Assembly: GCA_045862895.1 (NCBI GenBank) | Contig: BTUO01000006.1 | Coordinates: forward strand, 1-64,000 | Length of the DNA: 64,000 nt | Reading direction: 5' to 3' | Origin: Acidobacteriota bacterium | GTDB taxonomy: Bacteria > Acidobacteriota > Thermoanaerobaculia > Multivoradales > JAGPDF01 | Shown here: in pieces, positions 27,985 through 36,952 of the stretch | Numbering within the stretch: the stretch's first letter is position 1 | Layout of the letters: the number at the start of each line of letters is the position of its first letter | Notes under the pieces: model-generated | What the model was told of the DNA's origin: nothing | What the model saw: the letters and a program-made list of their open reading frames with translations, nothing else | Database searches by the model: none | Position numbers and translations under genes: made by a program

Positions 27985-29889
27985 GTGTTGAAGCGGCTCC
28001 TCGCCGACCGGCCGGCGGCGCTCGCGGCCGGAATCGGGCTGATCGTGCTCGCGGCCGCGACGGCCTGGTTCTTCACCTCCGCATCCGATCGCGGACCGAC
28101 CGCGGCGCTCAGCGCCGACGGTTTCTACTACCACGCCTGGCTTCCGACGCTGGTCTACGACCGCGACCTCGATCTCGCCGACGAGTACGCCGTCTTCGAC
28201 AATTTCTACTGCTTCGGCGCGGCTCCCTCGGGGCGGCCGGGCAATCCGTTCGGGATCGGGCCGGCGCTCTACGAGCTGCCGTTCTTCCTCGCCGGCGCGA
28301 CCGTGGGGAAGCTCACCGGCGCCGCGCTCGACGGCTTCAGCCGTCCCGAGGTGGTCGCGACGATGCTCGCCTCGCTGGTCGCGTCGTGGGCGGCGATGTT
28401 CTTCGCCTGGCGGCTGATCCGCCGACGGCTGGGCTCGCCGTGGCTGGCGATCGCCGCGCCGCTGCTGATCATGGCGGGCGGTCCGTTCGTCTACTACGCG
28501 ATCCGGCAGCCCGGCTACGCCCACCCGTTCGCGACGCTTTTCGCTGCCTGGCTGGTCGACCTCTGGGACTCGACGTTCGATCGCGAAGCGCCGCGATCGG
28601 TGCGCACCTGGGCGGCGCTCGGCGCGGTCTTCGGTCTGGCGGTGCTGGCGCGCACCCAGCTCGCGACCTGGGGCATCCTGCTCGCGATCGCGATCTTCGA
28701 CGACCTGCGCCGCACCGCGCGCGCGGCGACCGGAAGCGCGGCCGGCGCCGGCGCGCGGGAGCTCGCCCGCGCGCTCGCGCCGGCCTGGCTCGCCGGCGCC
28801 GGCGCGACGCTGCTCGTGATCGCGCCGCAACTTCTTGTCTGGCGCTCGCTCTACGGCCGGTTCTGGCTGGTGCCGCAGGGGGAAGGATTCCTGCGCTGGG
28901 ACGCGCCGGCGTGGAGCGAGACGCTGTTCTCGTCGCGCAACGGGCTGTTTGCCTACGCGCCGCTGCTCGCGTTCGCGCTGGTCGGCCTGGTCGTCGGGCT
29001 CCGCCGGGCGCCTCGCCTTTCGGGTGCGCTGTTCGCGGGCGTCGCGCTCCAGGCGGTCGCCAACGGTGCGGCGTGGGACTGGTGGGCGGGCGGCTCGCTG
29101 GGCGGCCGGCGCTTCGACTCCACCTACGTCGCGTTCGCTTTCGGGCTCGCGGCGCTGGCGGCGCCGATCGGGGGCGCGGTGAAGTCACCGGCGTTCCGCC
29201 TCACCGCGCGCGCCTGGGCTGCCGCGGTTCTGGTCGTCGCGCTCGGGCTGGCGCTCGCCAATCTCCGGCTCGTCGCCGTCACCGCGTCGCACACGGCGCG
29301 CATCGGCGGCGGCAAGCCGGCACCGGTCGTCTTCCGCGAAAGGTTGCCACGACCGCTCGCCCGCCTGGCCGGCGCCGCGTCGTCCGTGGCGACCTGGCCG
29401 GCGCGCGCGCGATTCGCCCGAATTCACGGCGTCTCGGCCGAGGCCTACGACTACGTCGCCGGCGTCCACCTGCTCGAGGAGCGATTTCCCGGCCTCAACT
29501 GCGACCCGAAGCCGCCGCGCCAGCGGCTGCGCCTGTCGAGCCAGCCGCGCCGGCTGGTCGGTCTCGCACGGGCCGCGGAGAGCGACGTCGTCCTGACGGG
29601 CGATCGGGCGCGCGTCCTGCTCGGCTTCAACCGCCATGGCCCGGTCGAGATCGAGCTCGGCGGCATCGTCGCGCCCGCCGGCACCCCGTCGGTGGAGGTG
29701 GTTCTCGACTTCAACGGTGAGCCGATCGCCAGCGCCTGGATCGGTGGCGAGCGCGCGTCGATCCGCGGCACCGCGCGCGAGCTTCGGCGTGGCGTCAACA
29801 TCCTGGAGATCGGGGCGCTTGCCGGCACCCGATTCCGCTGGCTCGAGCTCTCCGGCCCGCCGACCGCGCTCGGTGACCGCGCTCCGTAG
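27985..29889 (+). CDS. large polytopic membrane protein, possibly GT-C-fold (ArnT/PMT-like) glycosyltransferase
   Basis: About 12 TM helices, then a ~200-aa periplasmic C-terminal domain. The family call rests only on architecture and a YYHAW-type loop. Confidence 0.4.
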   Translation: MLKRLLADRPAALAAGIGLIVLAAATAWFFTSASDRGPTAALSADGFYYHAWLPTLVYDRDLDLADEYAVFDNFYCFGAAPSGRPGNPFGIGPALYELPFFLAGATVGKLTGAALDGFSRPEVVATMLASLVASWAAMFFAWRLIRRRLGSPWLAIAAPLLIMAGGPFVYYAIRQPGYAHPFATLFAAWLVDLWDSTFDREAPRSVRTWAALGAVFGLAVLARTQLATWGILLAIAIFDDLRRTARAATGSAAGAGARELARALAPAWLAGAGATLLVIAPQLLVWRSLYGRFWLVPQGEGFLRWDAPAWSETLFSSRNGLFAYAPLLAFALVGLVVGLRRAPRLSGALFAGVALQAVANGAAWDWWAGGSLGGRRFDSTYVAFAFGLAALAAPIGGAVKSPAFRLTARAWAAAVLVVALGLALANLRLVAVTASHTARIGGGKPAPVVFRERLPRPLARLAGAASSVATWPARARFARIHGVSAEAYDYVAGVHLLEERFPGLNCDPKPPRQRLRLSSQPRRLVGLARAAESDVVLTGDRARVLLGFNRHGPVEIELGGIVAPAGTPSVEVVLDFNGEPIASAWIGGERASIRGTARELRRGVNILEIGALAGTRFRWLELSGPPTALGDRAP

Positions 29890-30025
29890 CCGGGGGCGGC
29901 GGCTGCCGGGTGCCCGGAGCGGTCCGAGAGCCTCCCGTCGTTTCTGGCACGTCGTTCGCAGTCTCCTCCTCGCAGCGGGCGCTCCTCACGGAGGGAGTGC
30001 GTGCCAACAGCGATCGGAGGTCCAG

Positions 30026-30397
30026 ATGGCGAACTTGTTGACCCGAACCGAGCGAAAGTTGAAGAACAGTGCAAAAGAGACCGGCGAAGCCCTCGCGCAC
30101 CGGCGAGCCGAGCTGTCGAGCGAGCTCGACGAGCTCCTGGGAACCCTCACCAACAAGGTCACCGACGTGCGCAGGGCGATCGCCGACGCCGCCGACGAAG
30201 GGGCGGAGGCGGCGAGCCACGGGCTCGAGGTGGCCATGCGCAAGGGGCGCAAGGGGGTTCGTCAGCTCGAGTCGAAGTGGAGCTCGATGGACACGCGGCA
30301 GAAGGCCGGTGTCGTCGCCGGCCTGGTGGCGGTGCTCGCCGCGGCCGCCGCGACGCCCACGATCGTGCGCAAGGTGCGCGAGGCGCGCAACCACTAG
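30026..30397 (+). CDS. small membrane-anchored coiled-coil protein (ElaB/YqjD/DUF883-like)
   Basis: RBS GGAGG. Helical, charged N-terminal region and a C-terminal TM (AGVVAGLVAVLAAAAA). Confidence 0.5.
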   Translation: MANLLTRTERKLKNSAKETGEALAHRRAELSSELDELLGTLTNKVTDVRRAIADAADEGAEAASHGLEVAMRKGRKGVRQLESKWSSMDTRQKAGVVAGLVAVLAAAAATPTIVRKVREARNH

Positions 30398-30439
30398 GGG
30401 CGGCCCCCGGTCCGTCGTGAGCTGCGCCTGACCCGGTTG

Positions 30440-31105
30440 TCAGGTCGGATCGAGGACGGGGTCCGTTCTGGCAGTCGGCGCGGAGCCCGGCGGCAGGACC
30501 GGTTGCGCGGCGGGCTCGTCTTTCGGCGGATTGATCATGATGTGCGCGCCGGCCGTGCCGGGGAACATGATCCAGGGCGCGCCCGGAGCCATCGGTGTTT
30601 CGGCGAGCCCGGTCGTCGCCGACGTCGCCCACGGCGTGTAGACGACGTAACGCCGGTACGGTTCGAGGACGGCGCCGTCCGCCGGGTCGATGCCGGTGCC
30701 GGAGAGAACGTAGAGCACCGCGGGCTCTTTCGGCATCGCGAGGGTGCCGGCTTCGGCCTCCTTCCAGCGAAGCTGCTGCCGCTGGACGTCGGGGACGCCC
30801 TCGGCCTTGAGCTCGCGCCCGCGCTTCATGTACGGCTCGAGCGACCGGGCATAGCAGGCGACCCGCACGCCGGGGTCGCCGGGAGGGTGGGCCAGGCAGA
30901 TCAGGTCGTTGCTCCCCTCGCGCAACGTCACCAGAGCGCCCGACGGATCGTAGCCGAGCACCGTCGCTCCCTCGCGCAACGCCTCCGGCGCCGCCTGGAC
31001 CGCGAGCGCGATCTGCCGCGACGCGGCCGGAACTTCGCCGGCGACCGCCGCCGGAGCGACCGCGAACGCTGCCGCGGCGAGCCACCTGGTTGTCATCTTT
31101 CGCAT
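30440..31105 (-). CDS. secreted hypothetical protein
   Basis: Internal start MRKMTTRWLAAAAFAVAPAAVAG gives a signal peptide. The long upstream extension is spurious. Confidence 0.55.
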   Translation of the reverse strand: MRKMTTRWLAAAAFAVAPAAVAGEVPAASRQIALAVQAAPEALREGATVLGYDPSGALVTLREGSNDLICLAHPPGDPGVRVACYARSLEPYMKRGRELKAEGVPDVQRQQLRWKEAEAGTLAMPKEPAVLYVLSGTGIDPADGAVLEPYRRYVVYTPWATSATTGLAETPMAPGAPWIMFPGTAGAHIMINPPKDEPAAQPVLPPGSAPTARTDPVLDPT

Positions 31106-31257
31106 CGAATCCCCTCCTTCGAGGCCGGAACCCCGGCGACGGACCTCCGGCCGGCTGGAGCGCCCATTCTGGCGTGAGTCGAGCGGCGGTGGGGAGGGTC
31201 CGGCACAGGCCGGCGGCGGCGACGCCCGCGTCGCCGCCGCCGCTCGAACCGCCGTCG

Positions 31258-32049
31258 TTACTTGAACCAGGCGGCGATGATCCGCGCGAAGTAGTCGCGG
31301 TGCTCGCCGTTGTCGGTCATGCCGTTCGACGCGGCGGCGGCGGCTTCGCGCTCGCCCTCGGAGCGCTCGCCGCTGGACGCGCGTAGCGCCGCTTCGATCT
31401 GGTCCTCGCCGGCGGCGCTGGTCGAGATCGTCGCGATGTAGCGAACCGTGGGCGGACCGGTGTGGACGTCCTCGTACTGCACCGAGTAGCCCGCGAGCGC
31501 GCCGTCGGCCATCAACTGCTCGTAGACCGGCTTGGTGTAGGCGTTCCACATCTTCAGCCATGCCCCGCCTTCGCCCGGACGCATGACCTGGCGATTGACG
31601 TAGAGGAATCCGCCGTTGATCGCCCCGGAGCGGCGACCGCCGGACGCCGTGCGCAGCAGGAAGTCGTGGTGCCCGGCACCGACCAGCGCCGGGTGCGAGG
31701 GCGCCTTGGCCAGCGCGGCGAGCACCTTGTCCATGTCGGCGAAGCTCGCGGTCGTCCACCAGGTGCCGTGGGTGTTGCCGCCGTCGGTGTGAACGAAGGT
31801 CTCGTAGATGCCCCAGTCGAGGAGCACCCCCTCGCTGGCCAGCCGCTCGAGGATCGGCTTGTCCTGCTTCATCGTCCATTCGTGGTAGCCCTGCCACTGC
31901 GAGCGCGGCAGCGTCCATTCGGCGACGTAGGTGAAGGCCGGCGGCGCCTCGTCCTGGGCGAAGCTCGGGACGGGAACGGCGGCGAGCGTGGCGACGGCGA
32001 GCGCGGCGACGGCGAGACGGCGGAATCTCGGGATGGAATTCGACGACAT
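31258..32049 (-). CDS. secreted hypothetical protein
   Basis: Start MSSNSIPRFRRLAVAALAVATLAAVPVPSFAQ, a signal peptide. Confidence 0.55.
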   Translation of the reverse strand: MSSNSIPRFRRLAVAALAVATLAAVPVPSFAQDEAPPAFTYVAEWTLPRSQWQGYHEWTMKQDKPILERLASEGVLLDWGIYETFVHTDGGNTHGTWWTTASFADMDKVLAALAKAPSHPALVGAGHHDFLLRTASGGRRSGAINGGFLYVNRQVMRPGEGGAWLKMWNAYTKPVYEQLMADGALAGYSVQYEDVHTGPPTVRYIATISTSAAGEDQIEAALRASSGERSEGEREAAAAASNGMTDNGEHRDYFARIIAAWFK

Positions 32050-32339
32050 GGAAACCCCTCCTGCGAAGGACGGGCTCCGAGATGGAGCCCGACCGCCGGC
32101 GTGCGCGTCGAGCGGTCCTCGATGCGTCGCCGCCAGAGCTCCGGCCACGGGCGAGCTACGACCCGTCCGCCGTGCAGGGGGCGGCGTCGAGAGGTGCCGG
32201 ACGCGAATCCACCGGGAAGACCGATCCAGCGTAGTCGTTCGGCCCGCGGAAGTCACGGGAAATCGGAGCGCAGGGCCGGTCGGGGGCGGGATCTGGCCCG
32301 CGCCGGGCCGATCCGTCGCTTTCGGAGGCGGAGGCAGCC

Positions 32340-33590
32340 ATGTCCACGACTTTGCGCACCCTCGCCGCCGCCCTGACGACGACCGTCCTGCTCGCCGCGC
32401 CAGCGGTCGCGGTCAAACGCCGCGCCTTCGTGACCTCGGTCTCGGGCAACGGCAACCTCAACTCCTGGCCGGACGCCGGAGGGCTGTTCGCTCTCGCCGC
32501 CGGTGACGCCATCTGTCGGGCGCGGGCGAACGCCGCCGGCCTGCCGTTCGCGAACTCCTATCGCGTCTGGCTGTCGACGGCGACGACCGACGCCTACTGC
32601 CACGTCCAGGGGCAGACCGGAGAGAAGGCCACCGGCTGCTCCGGCTCCCCGCTGCCGCGGGGTCCCTGGTACCGGGTCGACGGGACCACGGCGTTCGCGG
32701 CGGACCTGGACGAGCTGACCGGCAACCTCCACGAGGTGTACACCGGAGTCCTCCAGGAGGAGGACGGTACGGTGCTGACGGCGACCGACCCCTCCGGTTA
32801 CTGGACCGGCACGTCGGCGAGCGGGGAGGGAGTGTCCGAGACCTGCTCGAGCTGGGTCGTGGCGGCGGCCGACGTCCAGGGCCGCACCGGCACGGCGCTG
32901 TCGAGCGCGGTGCGCTGGACGGAGGCCTTCTCGACGGCCTGCGACCAGGATCGCCGCCTGCTCTGTCTCGAGCCCGGGCTCAGCGACCCGGTGCCTGTTG
33001 TTCCATGGCAGCCAGCGGCGCTCGCGTTCGTGACCAGCATGACGGGCAACGGCAATCTCGGGCAGTGGCCGGTCGCGGGCGACGCCACCGGAATCGAGGC
33101 CGGTGACGAGATCTGCTGCGCCCTGGCCGCTATCGAGCACCTGCCGGCGCCGGAGTCGTTCGTCGCCTGGCTCTCGGACTCGCAGACCGACGCGCGCGAC
33201 CGCCTGACTCTCGCCGGAGTACCCTATCGGCGGCTGGATCATCGGGTCGTCGCGACCTCGAAGGCCGACCTCGTCGACGGCACCAATCTGGACAGCCTGC
33301 ACGTCGACGAGACCGGGAGCTACGTCGACGACTTCCTGGTCGTCGCCACGGGGACGCTCGCCGACGGTACCTGGGAGGGGTCGAGCTGCGACGACTGGAC
33401 CGCGTCGCCTTCGACCAACGTCCGGAGCGGCTACGCCTCTTCGCTGAACGGCGGGACCTGGACCGCCGGCGTCGGCTCCGCCTGCATCACCAGCAAGCGC
33501 CTCTACTGCTTCTCGAACGTGGTCACGATCTTCTGGGACGGTTTCGAGCTCACGGGAGACGCCAGCCGCTGGTCGAGCGCCAGCCCGTGA
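32340..33590 (+). CDS. secreted protein with two DUF1554-like repeats (FVTS-x-GNGNL...W), tagged
   Basis: Signal peptide. Internal duplication readable (AFVTSVSGNGNLNSWPDAGG... and AFVTSMTGNGNLGQWPVAGD...). Ends ...FWDGFELTGDASRWSSASP. Confidence 0.7.
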   Translation: MSTTLRTLAAALTTTVLLAAPAVAVKRRAFVTSVSGNGNLNSWPDAGGLFALAAGDAICRARANAAGLPFANSYRVWLSTATTDAYCHVQGQTGEKATGCSGSPLPRGPWYRVDGTTAFAADLDELTGNLHEVYTGVLQEEDGTVLTATDPSGYWTGTSASGEGVSETCSSWVVAAADVQGRTGTALSSAVRWTEAFSTACDQDRRLLCLEPGLSDPVPVVPWQPAALAFVTSMTGNGNLGQWPVAGDATGIEAGDEICCALAAIEHLPAPESFVAWLSDSQTDARDRLTLAGVPYRRLDHRVVATSKADLVDGTNLDSLHVDETGSYVDDFLVVATGTLADGTWEGSSCDDWTASPSTNVRSGYASSLNGGTWTAGVGSACITSKRLYCFSNVVTIFWDGFELTGDASRWSSASP

Positions 33591-33618
33591 CCTTTCCGAG
33601 GGGATATCCGGAGGTTTC

Positions 33619-33720
33619 GGGGACAGCCACCGATCTTGCTCGATACCCGTTTCGCTGAATCGGATCGTCCTCGAACGGGGACGCTCGATTCAGGAATCTG
33701 GAGAATTGGGGGCTGTCACC
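33619..33720. repeat. motif pair: GGGGACAGCCACC (33619-33631) and CTGGAGAATT-GGGGGCTGTCACC (33698-33720, inverse of the unit)
   Basis: Read directly, between the tagged gene and the NYN gene. Confidence 0.75.
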
Positions 33721-33765
33721 ATCCTGCGTCGGAGCGGGTGACGGGCGCTCGGATAGCCTCGGGCG

Positions 33766-34236
33766 GTGGGTTTCCTGATCGACGGCTCGAATCTCGGCGG
33801 CGTGCTGGGCGGCGGCGCCGGCGCGCGCGACGCGGCCGGCGTGGTGCGCCGGCTGATGCCGTGGGCGCGCGAGCGGCGCGACGAAGTGGTCGTCGTCTTC
33901 GACGGACCGCCGCGCGCCGAGGTCGCGGAGCGCTACGGGGCGCTTTCGGTCGCCTGGAGCGGCGCCACGTCCGCCGACGACCGGATCGTCGAGATGGTCG
34001 CGCGCCAGCCGGCGCGCTGGACCGTGGTCACCGCCGATCGCGAGCTCTCCGCGCGCTGCCGGACTGCCGGCGGGCGGGTGATGACCGTGCGCGAGCTCGC
34101 CGACCGCGCCGCGAGGCCGCCGCGACGGCGCCCGACGGCGCGCGCGGCCGAAGCCGCGACGGAGAAGCCGGCGCCGCACGCCCAGGAGCGCGAGCACTGG
34201 CGACGCATCTTCGGCGTCGGCGACGAGGGCGAATGA
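33766..34236 (+). CDS. NYN/YacP-like PIN-domain protein
   Basis: GTG start. IDGSNL..., VVFDGP and DDRIVEM are typical of YacP. Confidence 0.6.
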   Translation: MGFLIDGSNLGGVLGGGAGARDAAGVVRRLMPWARERRDEVVVVFDGPPRAEVAERYGALSVAWSGATSADDRIVEMVARQPARWTVVTADRELSARCRTAGGRVMTVRELADRAARPPRRRPTARAAEAATEKPAPHAQEREHWRRIFGVGDEGE

Positions 34237-34267
34237 CGGCGGCCCGGGCGCGGCGTCGGAGCCGCGC

Positions 34268-35050
34268 TCAGCGCTTCCAGACCAGCGAGACGCCGGTCGA
34301 GGTGTCGGTCTCCTCGAACCCGGCGGGCGGCTGGTTGTCGCGCTGCACCAGGTAGCTCACGCGCAGCGCCCAGGAGTCGGCGAGGGCGGCTTCGAGGGCG
34401 GTCTCCGAAGTGAGGCGCCAGTCGTCGGAGTCGTCGAAGCTCGGGTAGAGCAGCAGGCGCTCGGAGAGCGCGGCGGCCGGGGTGATCTGCCACGCCCAGG
34501 CGACTCCGGCCACGGCGCCCAGCCAGTCGTCGTCGGTGCTGTCGAGCCGGTCCTCGGTCGTCCAGGTCAGGCCGGCGTCGAACGCGAGCTCGTGGACCGG
34601 TCCGGTGAGCGCGCGCCAGATGGCGCCGCTCTCGACGATCGAGCGCTGATCGAAGCCGGCGAACTCGTCGCGCTCGTGGACCAGGCCGGCGAACAGCTCG
34701 AGCCGGTCCGACAGCGCACGCTTGCCGCGCACCGACGCCAGGTAGCGCTCGGCCGTCGCCTCGCCGTCGGTCTCGGCGCGGTGGGCGAGGGCGCGGATCT
34801 CGACGCCCCACGGCGCCGGCCGGCGATCCCACGCGGTGGAGAATCCGATCGTCTCGGTCTCGCTGTTGCCGGTGGTGGCGAGGTACGACAGCGCGAGCGA
34901 CCCGGTCCAGTCCGGCGGCGGTGGCGCGGGCGGCGGGCAGGGGTAGAGCGCCTCCTGCGGCGTTCCGGCGGAGTCCTGTGCGACCAGGGGCGCGACGCCG
35001 AGCGCGAGGGTCGCGAGGGCGCCGAGCGCGAGCGGGCGGACGTTCTTCAT
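34268..35050 (-). CDS. DUF481 family outer-membrane beta-barrel protein
   Basis: Signal peptide. Alternating amphipathic beta-strand composition, ending in a W-K-R/F-type terminus. Confidence 0.65.
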   Translation of the reverse strand: MKNVRPLALGALATLALGVAPLVAQDSAGTPQEALYPCPPPAPPPPDWTGSLALSYLATTGNSETETIGFSTAWDRRPAPWGVEIRALAHRAETDGEATAERYLASVRGKRALSDRLELFAGLVHERDEFAGFDQRSIVESGAIWRALTGPVHELAFDAGLTWTTEDRLDSTDDDWLGAVAGVAWAWQITPAAALSERLLLYPSFDDSDDWRLTSETALEAALADSWALRVSYLVQRDNQPPAGFEETDTSTGVSLVWKR

Positions 35051-35219
35051 GCGAGCGGTCTCCTCCGTGGGACGAACGGACTTCGAGGGCGCGATGGGTC
35101 ACCCCCGGTCGAGCCCGAGGCTATCCGAAGGTCGCCGCGGGCCGGTGAGCGACTAGGATGAAATCTCACGCGCTCCCGGGCGCCTCGAGGCGCGCGGGGG
35201 GACACGGAGGATCACAGCC

Positions 35220-35699
35220 ATGCCCACGAAGCCGTTGCGTTCGCTCGTCGCTCTCGCCCTGCTGTCGTTTCCCGCTTCGTTCGCGGAGCCCGCCGCGGCC
35301 GCCGACGACGCGCTCGCCGCCGAGCGCGCCGCGGTGGTCGAAGTGGTCACCGCCGCCTATGTCGACGGCATCCACAACTTCCGCGATCCGGTGGCGATCC
35401 GCAAGGGGTTCCACCCCGACTTCGAGATGCTGATCCTGAAGGACGGCAAGCTCGACAAGCTGCCGATCGCGAAGTGGATCGAGAACATCGAGGCGCGCAA
35501 CGCCAAGGAGCCGCCGCCGACCGACGGCGTGCGCACGACCACCGCCGCCTTTCCGCTGGTCGAGGTCACCGGCACCGCGGCGATCTGCAAGGTCGAGCTG
35601 ACCCGCGACGGCAAGCTGGTCTTCACCGACTACCTGGCGCTCTACAAGTTCGAGGACGGCTGGAAGATCGTCGGCAAGAGCTTCTACCGACACCCCTGA
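35220..35699 (+). CDS. secreted NTF2-like (lumazine-binding-like) protein
   Basis: RBS GGAGG. Signal peptide; ~135-aa NTF2-like domain. Confidence 0.6.
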   Translation: MPTKPLRSLVALALLSFPASFAEPAAAADDALAAERAAVVEVVTAAYVDGIHNFRDPVAIRKGFHPDFEMLILKDGKLDKLPIAKWIENIEARNAKEPPPTDGVRTTTAAFPLVEVTGTAAICKVELTRDGKLVFTDYLALYKFEDGWKIVGKSFYRHP

Positions 35700-35801
35700 A
35701 GCTCCGGCCCCGTTGCGCGCCGCGCGACGGCGCGCGGGCGGACGAAGAGCTCGCCGAAGCCGGGGCCTGGCTGGCCGCGCGGGTCCGCCGTGGCCTCGTC
35801 G

Positions 35802-36191
35802 TCAGTTGAGCGCGCCGGGCACGGCGAGGGTGAAAGGGTCGATGCGGGCGCGGAAGCGCTCGCCGCTGCCGGCCAGCTCGAACAGGTAGTGGCCTTCCAT
35901 GGTGCCGACCGGTGTCGGGAGCGGACAGAAGCTGGTGTACTCGAACGCCTCGCCGGGCGCCAGCACCGGCGTCTCGCCGACCACCCCGGGCCCCTCGACT
36001 TCCGAGACCTTCCCGGTGTCGTCGGTGATCACCCAGCGGCGCGACACGAGCTGGGCGGTGTCGGCGCCGGTGTTCTCGATCCGGATGCGATAGGAGAAGA
36101 AGAACTGGCGCTCGGTCGGGGAGCTGCGGTGCGGCTCGTAGCGGCTCTCGGCGACGACGCGGATGCCGCGGGTGGTTGTCTCGCTCATCAT
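35802..36191 (-). CDS. apaG: ApaG (DUF525) protein
   Basis: FFFSYRIRIENTGADTAQLVSRRWVITDDTGKVSEVEGPGVVGETPVLAPGEAFEYTS matches the ApaG consensus. Confidence 0.8.
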   Translation of the reverse strand: MMSETTTRGIRVVAESRYEPHRSSPTERQFFFSYRIRIENTGADTAQLVSRRWVITDDTGKVSEVEGPGVVGETPVLAPGEAFEYTSFCPLPTPVGTMEGHYLFELAGSGERFRARIDPFTLAVPGALN

Positions 36192-36269
36192 GGGGATGCT
36201 AGCCGATCGAGCGCCCGACCCGGCCCTCCGGAATCGAAGGCCGGGTCGGCGCCGCGGCGCGGCGCGGCG

Positions 36270-36815
36270 TCAGTTCGGCAGGACCACCGAGTCGATGACG
36301 TGGATCACGCCGTTCGACTGGTCGAGGTCCGCCGTCGTGACCGTCGCCGAGCCGCCCTTCTCGTCGAACAGGAGGACCTTGCCGCCGTCGAGCTTCGCCG
36401 TCAGCTTGCCCCCCGCCACGGTGGAGATCGCGACGCTGCCGCCCGCGTCCCGGATCATCTTCACCAGCTCGGTGCTCGAAATGTCGCCGGCGACGACGTG
36501 GTAGGTCAGGACCTTGGTCAGCGTCGCCTTGTTCTCGGGCAGGAGCAGCGAGTCGACGGTGCCGGCCGGGAGCTCGGCGAACGCGGCGTCGGTCGGCGCG
36601 AAGACGGTGAAGGGGCCGGCACCCCGAAGCGTGTCGACCAGCCCGGCCGCCGTCACCGCGGCGACCAGCGTGGTGTGATCGGCCGAGGCGGCGGCGCCGT
36701 CGACGATGGTGCCGGCAGCCTTCGGGGCGGTGGAGTAGGAGCCGGCGAACGCCGCGGTGGCGGCGAGCCCGGCGGCGGCGAGCACGGCGAGGAACGGCTT
36801 CGAGGAGTGGCGCAT
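36270..36815 (-). CDS. fasciclin (FAS1) domain protein, secreted
   Basis: Signal peptide. TVFAPTDAAF...VLTYHVV...NGVIHVIDSVL(L)P FAS1 motifs. Confidence 0.8.
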   Translation of the reverse strand: MRHSSKPFLAVLAAAGLAATAAFAGSYSTAPKAAGTIVDGAAASADHTTLVAAVTAAGLVDTLRGAGPFTVFAPTDAAFAELPAGTVDSLLLPENKATLTKVLTYHVVAGDISSTELVKMIRDAGGSVAISTVAGGKLTAKLDGGKVLLFDEKGGSATVTTADLDQSNGVIHVIDSVVLPN

Positions 36816-36952
36816 CGGGTTTCTCCCTTTCGAGGTGTCGGATCGGCCGCGATGGCGGCCGCTCGAAGGGGACTACGCCCCGGCGCGGAGGGCGGATGAG
36901 CGGCGCCTCGATGTGATCCGGAGCGGCGCTGCGTGCGTAGAGCGAGCGGGGC

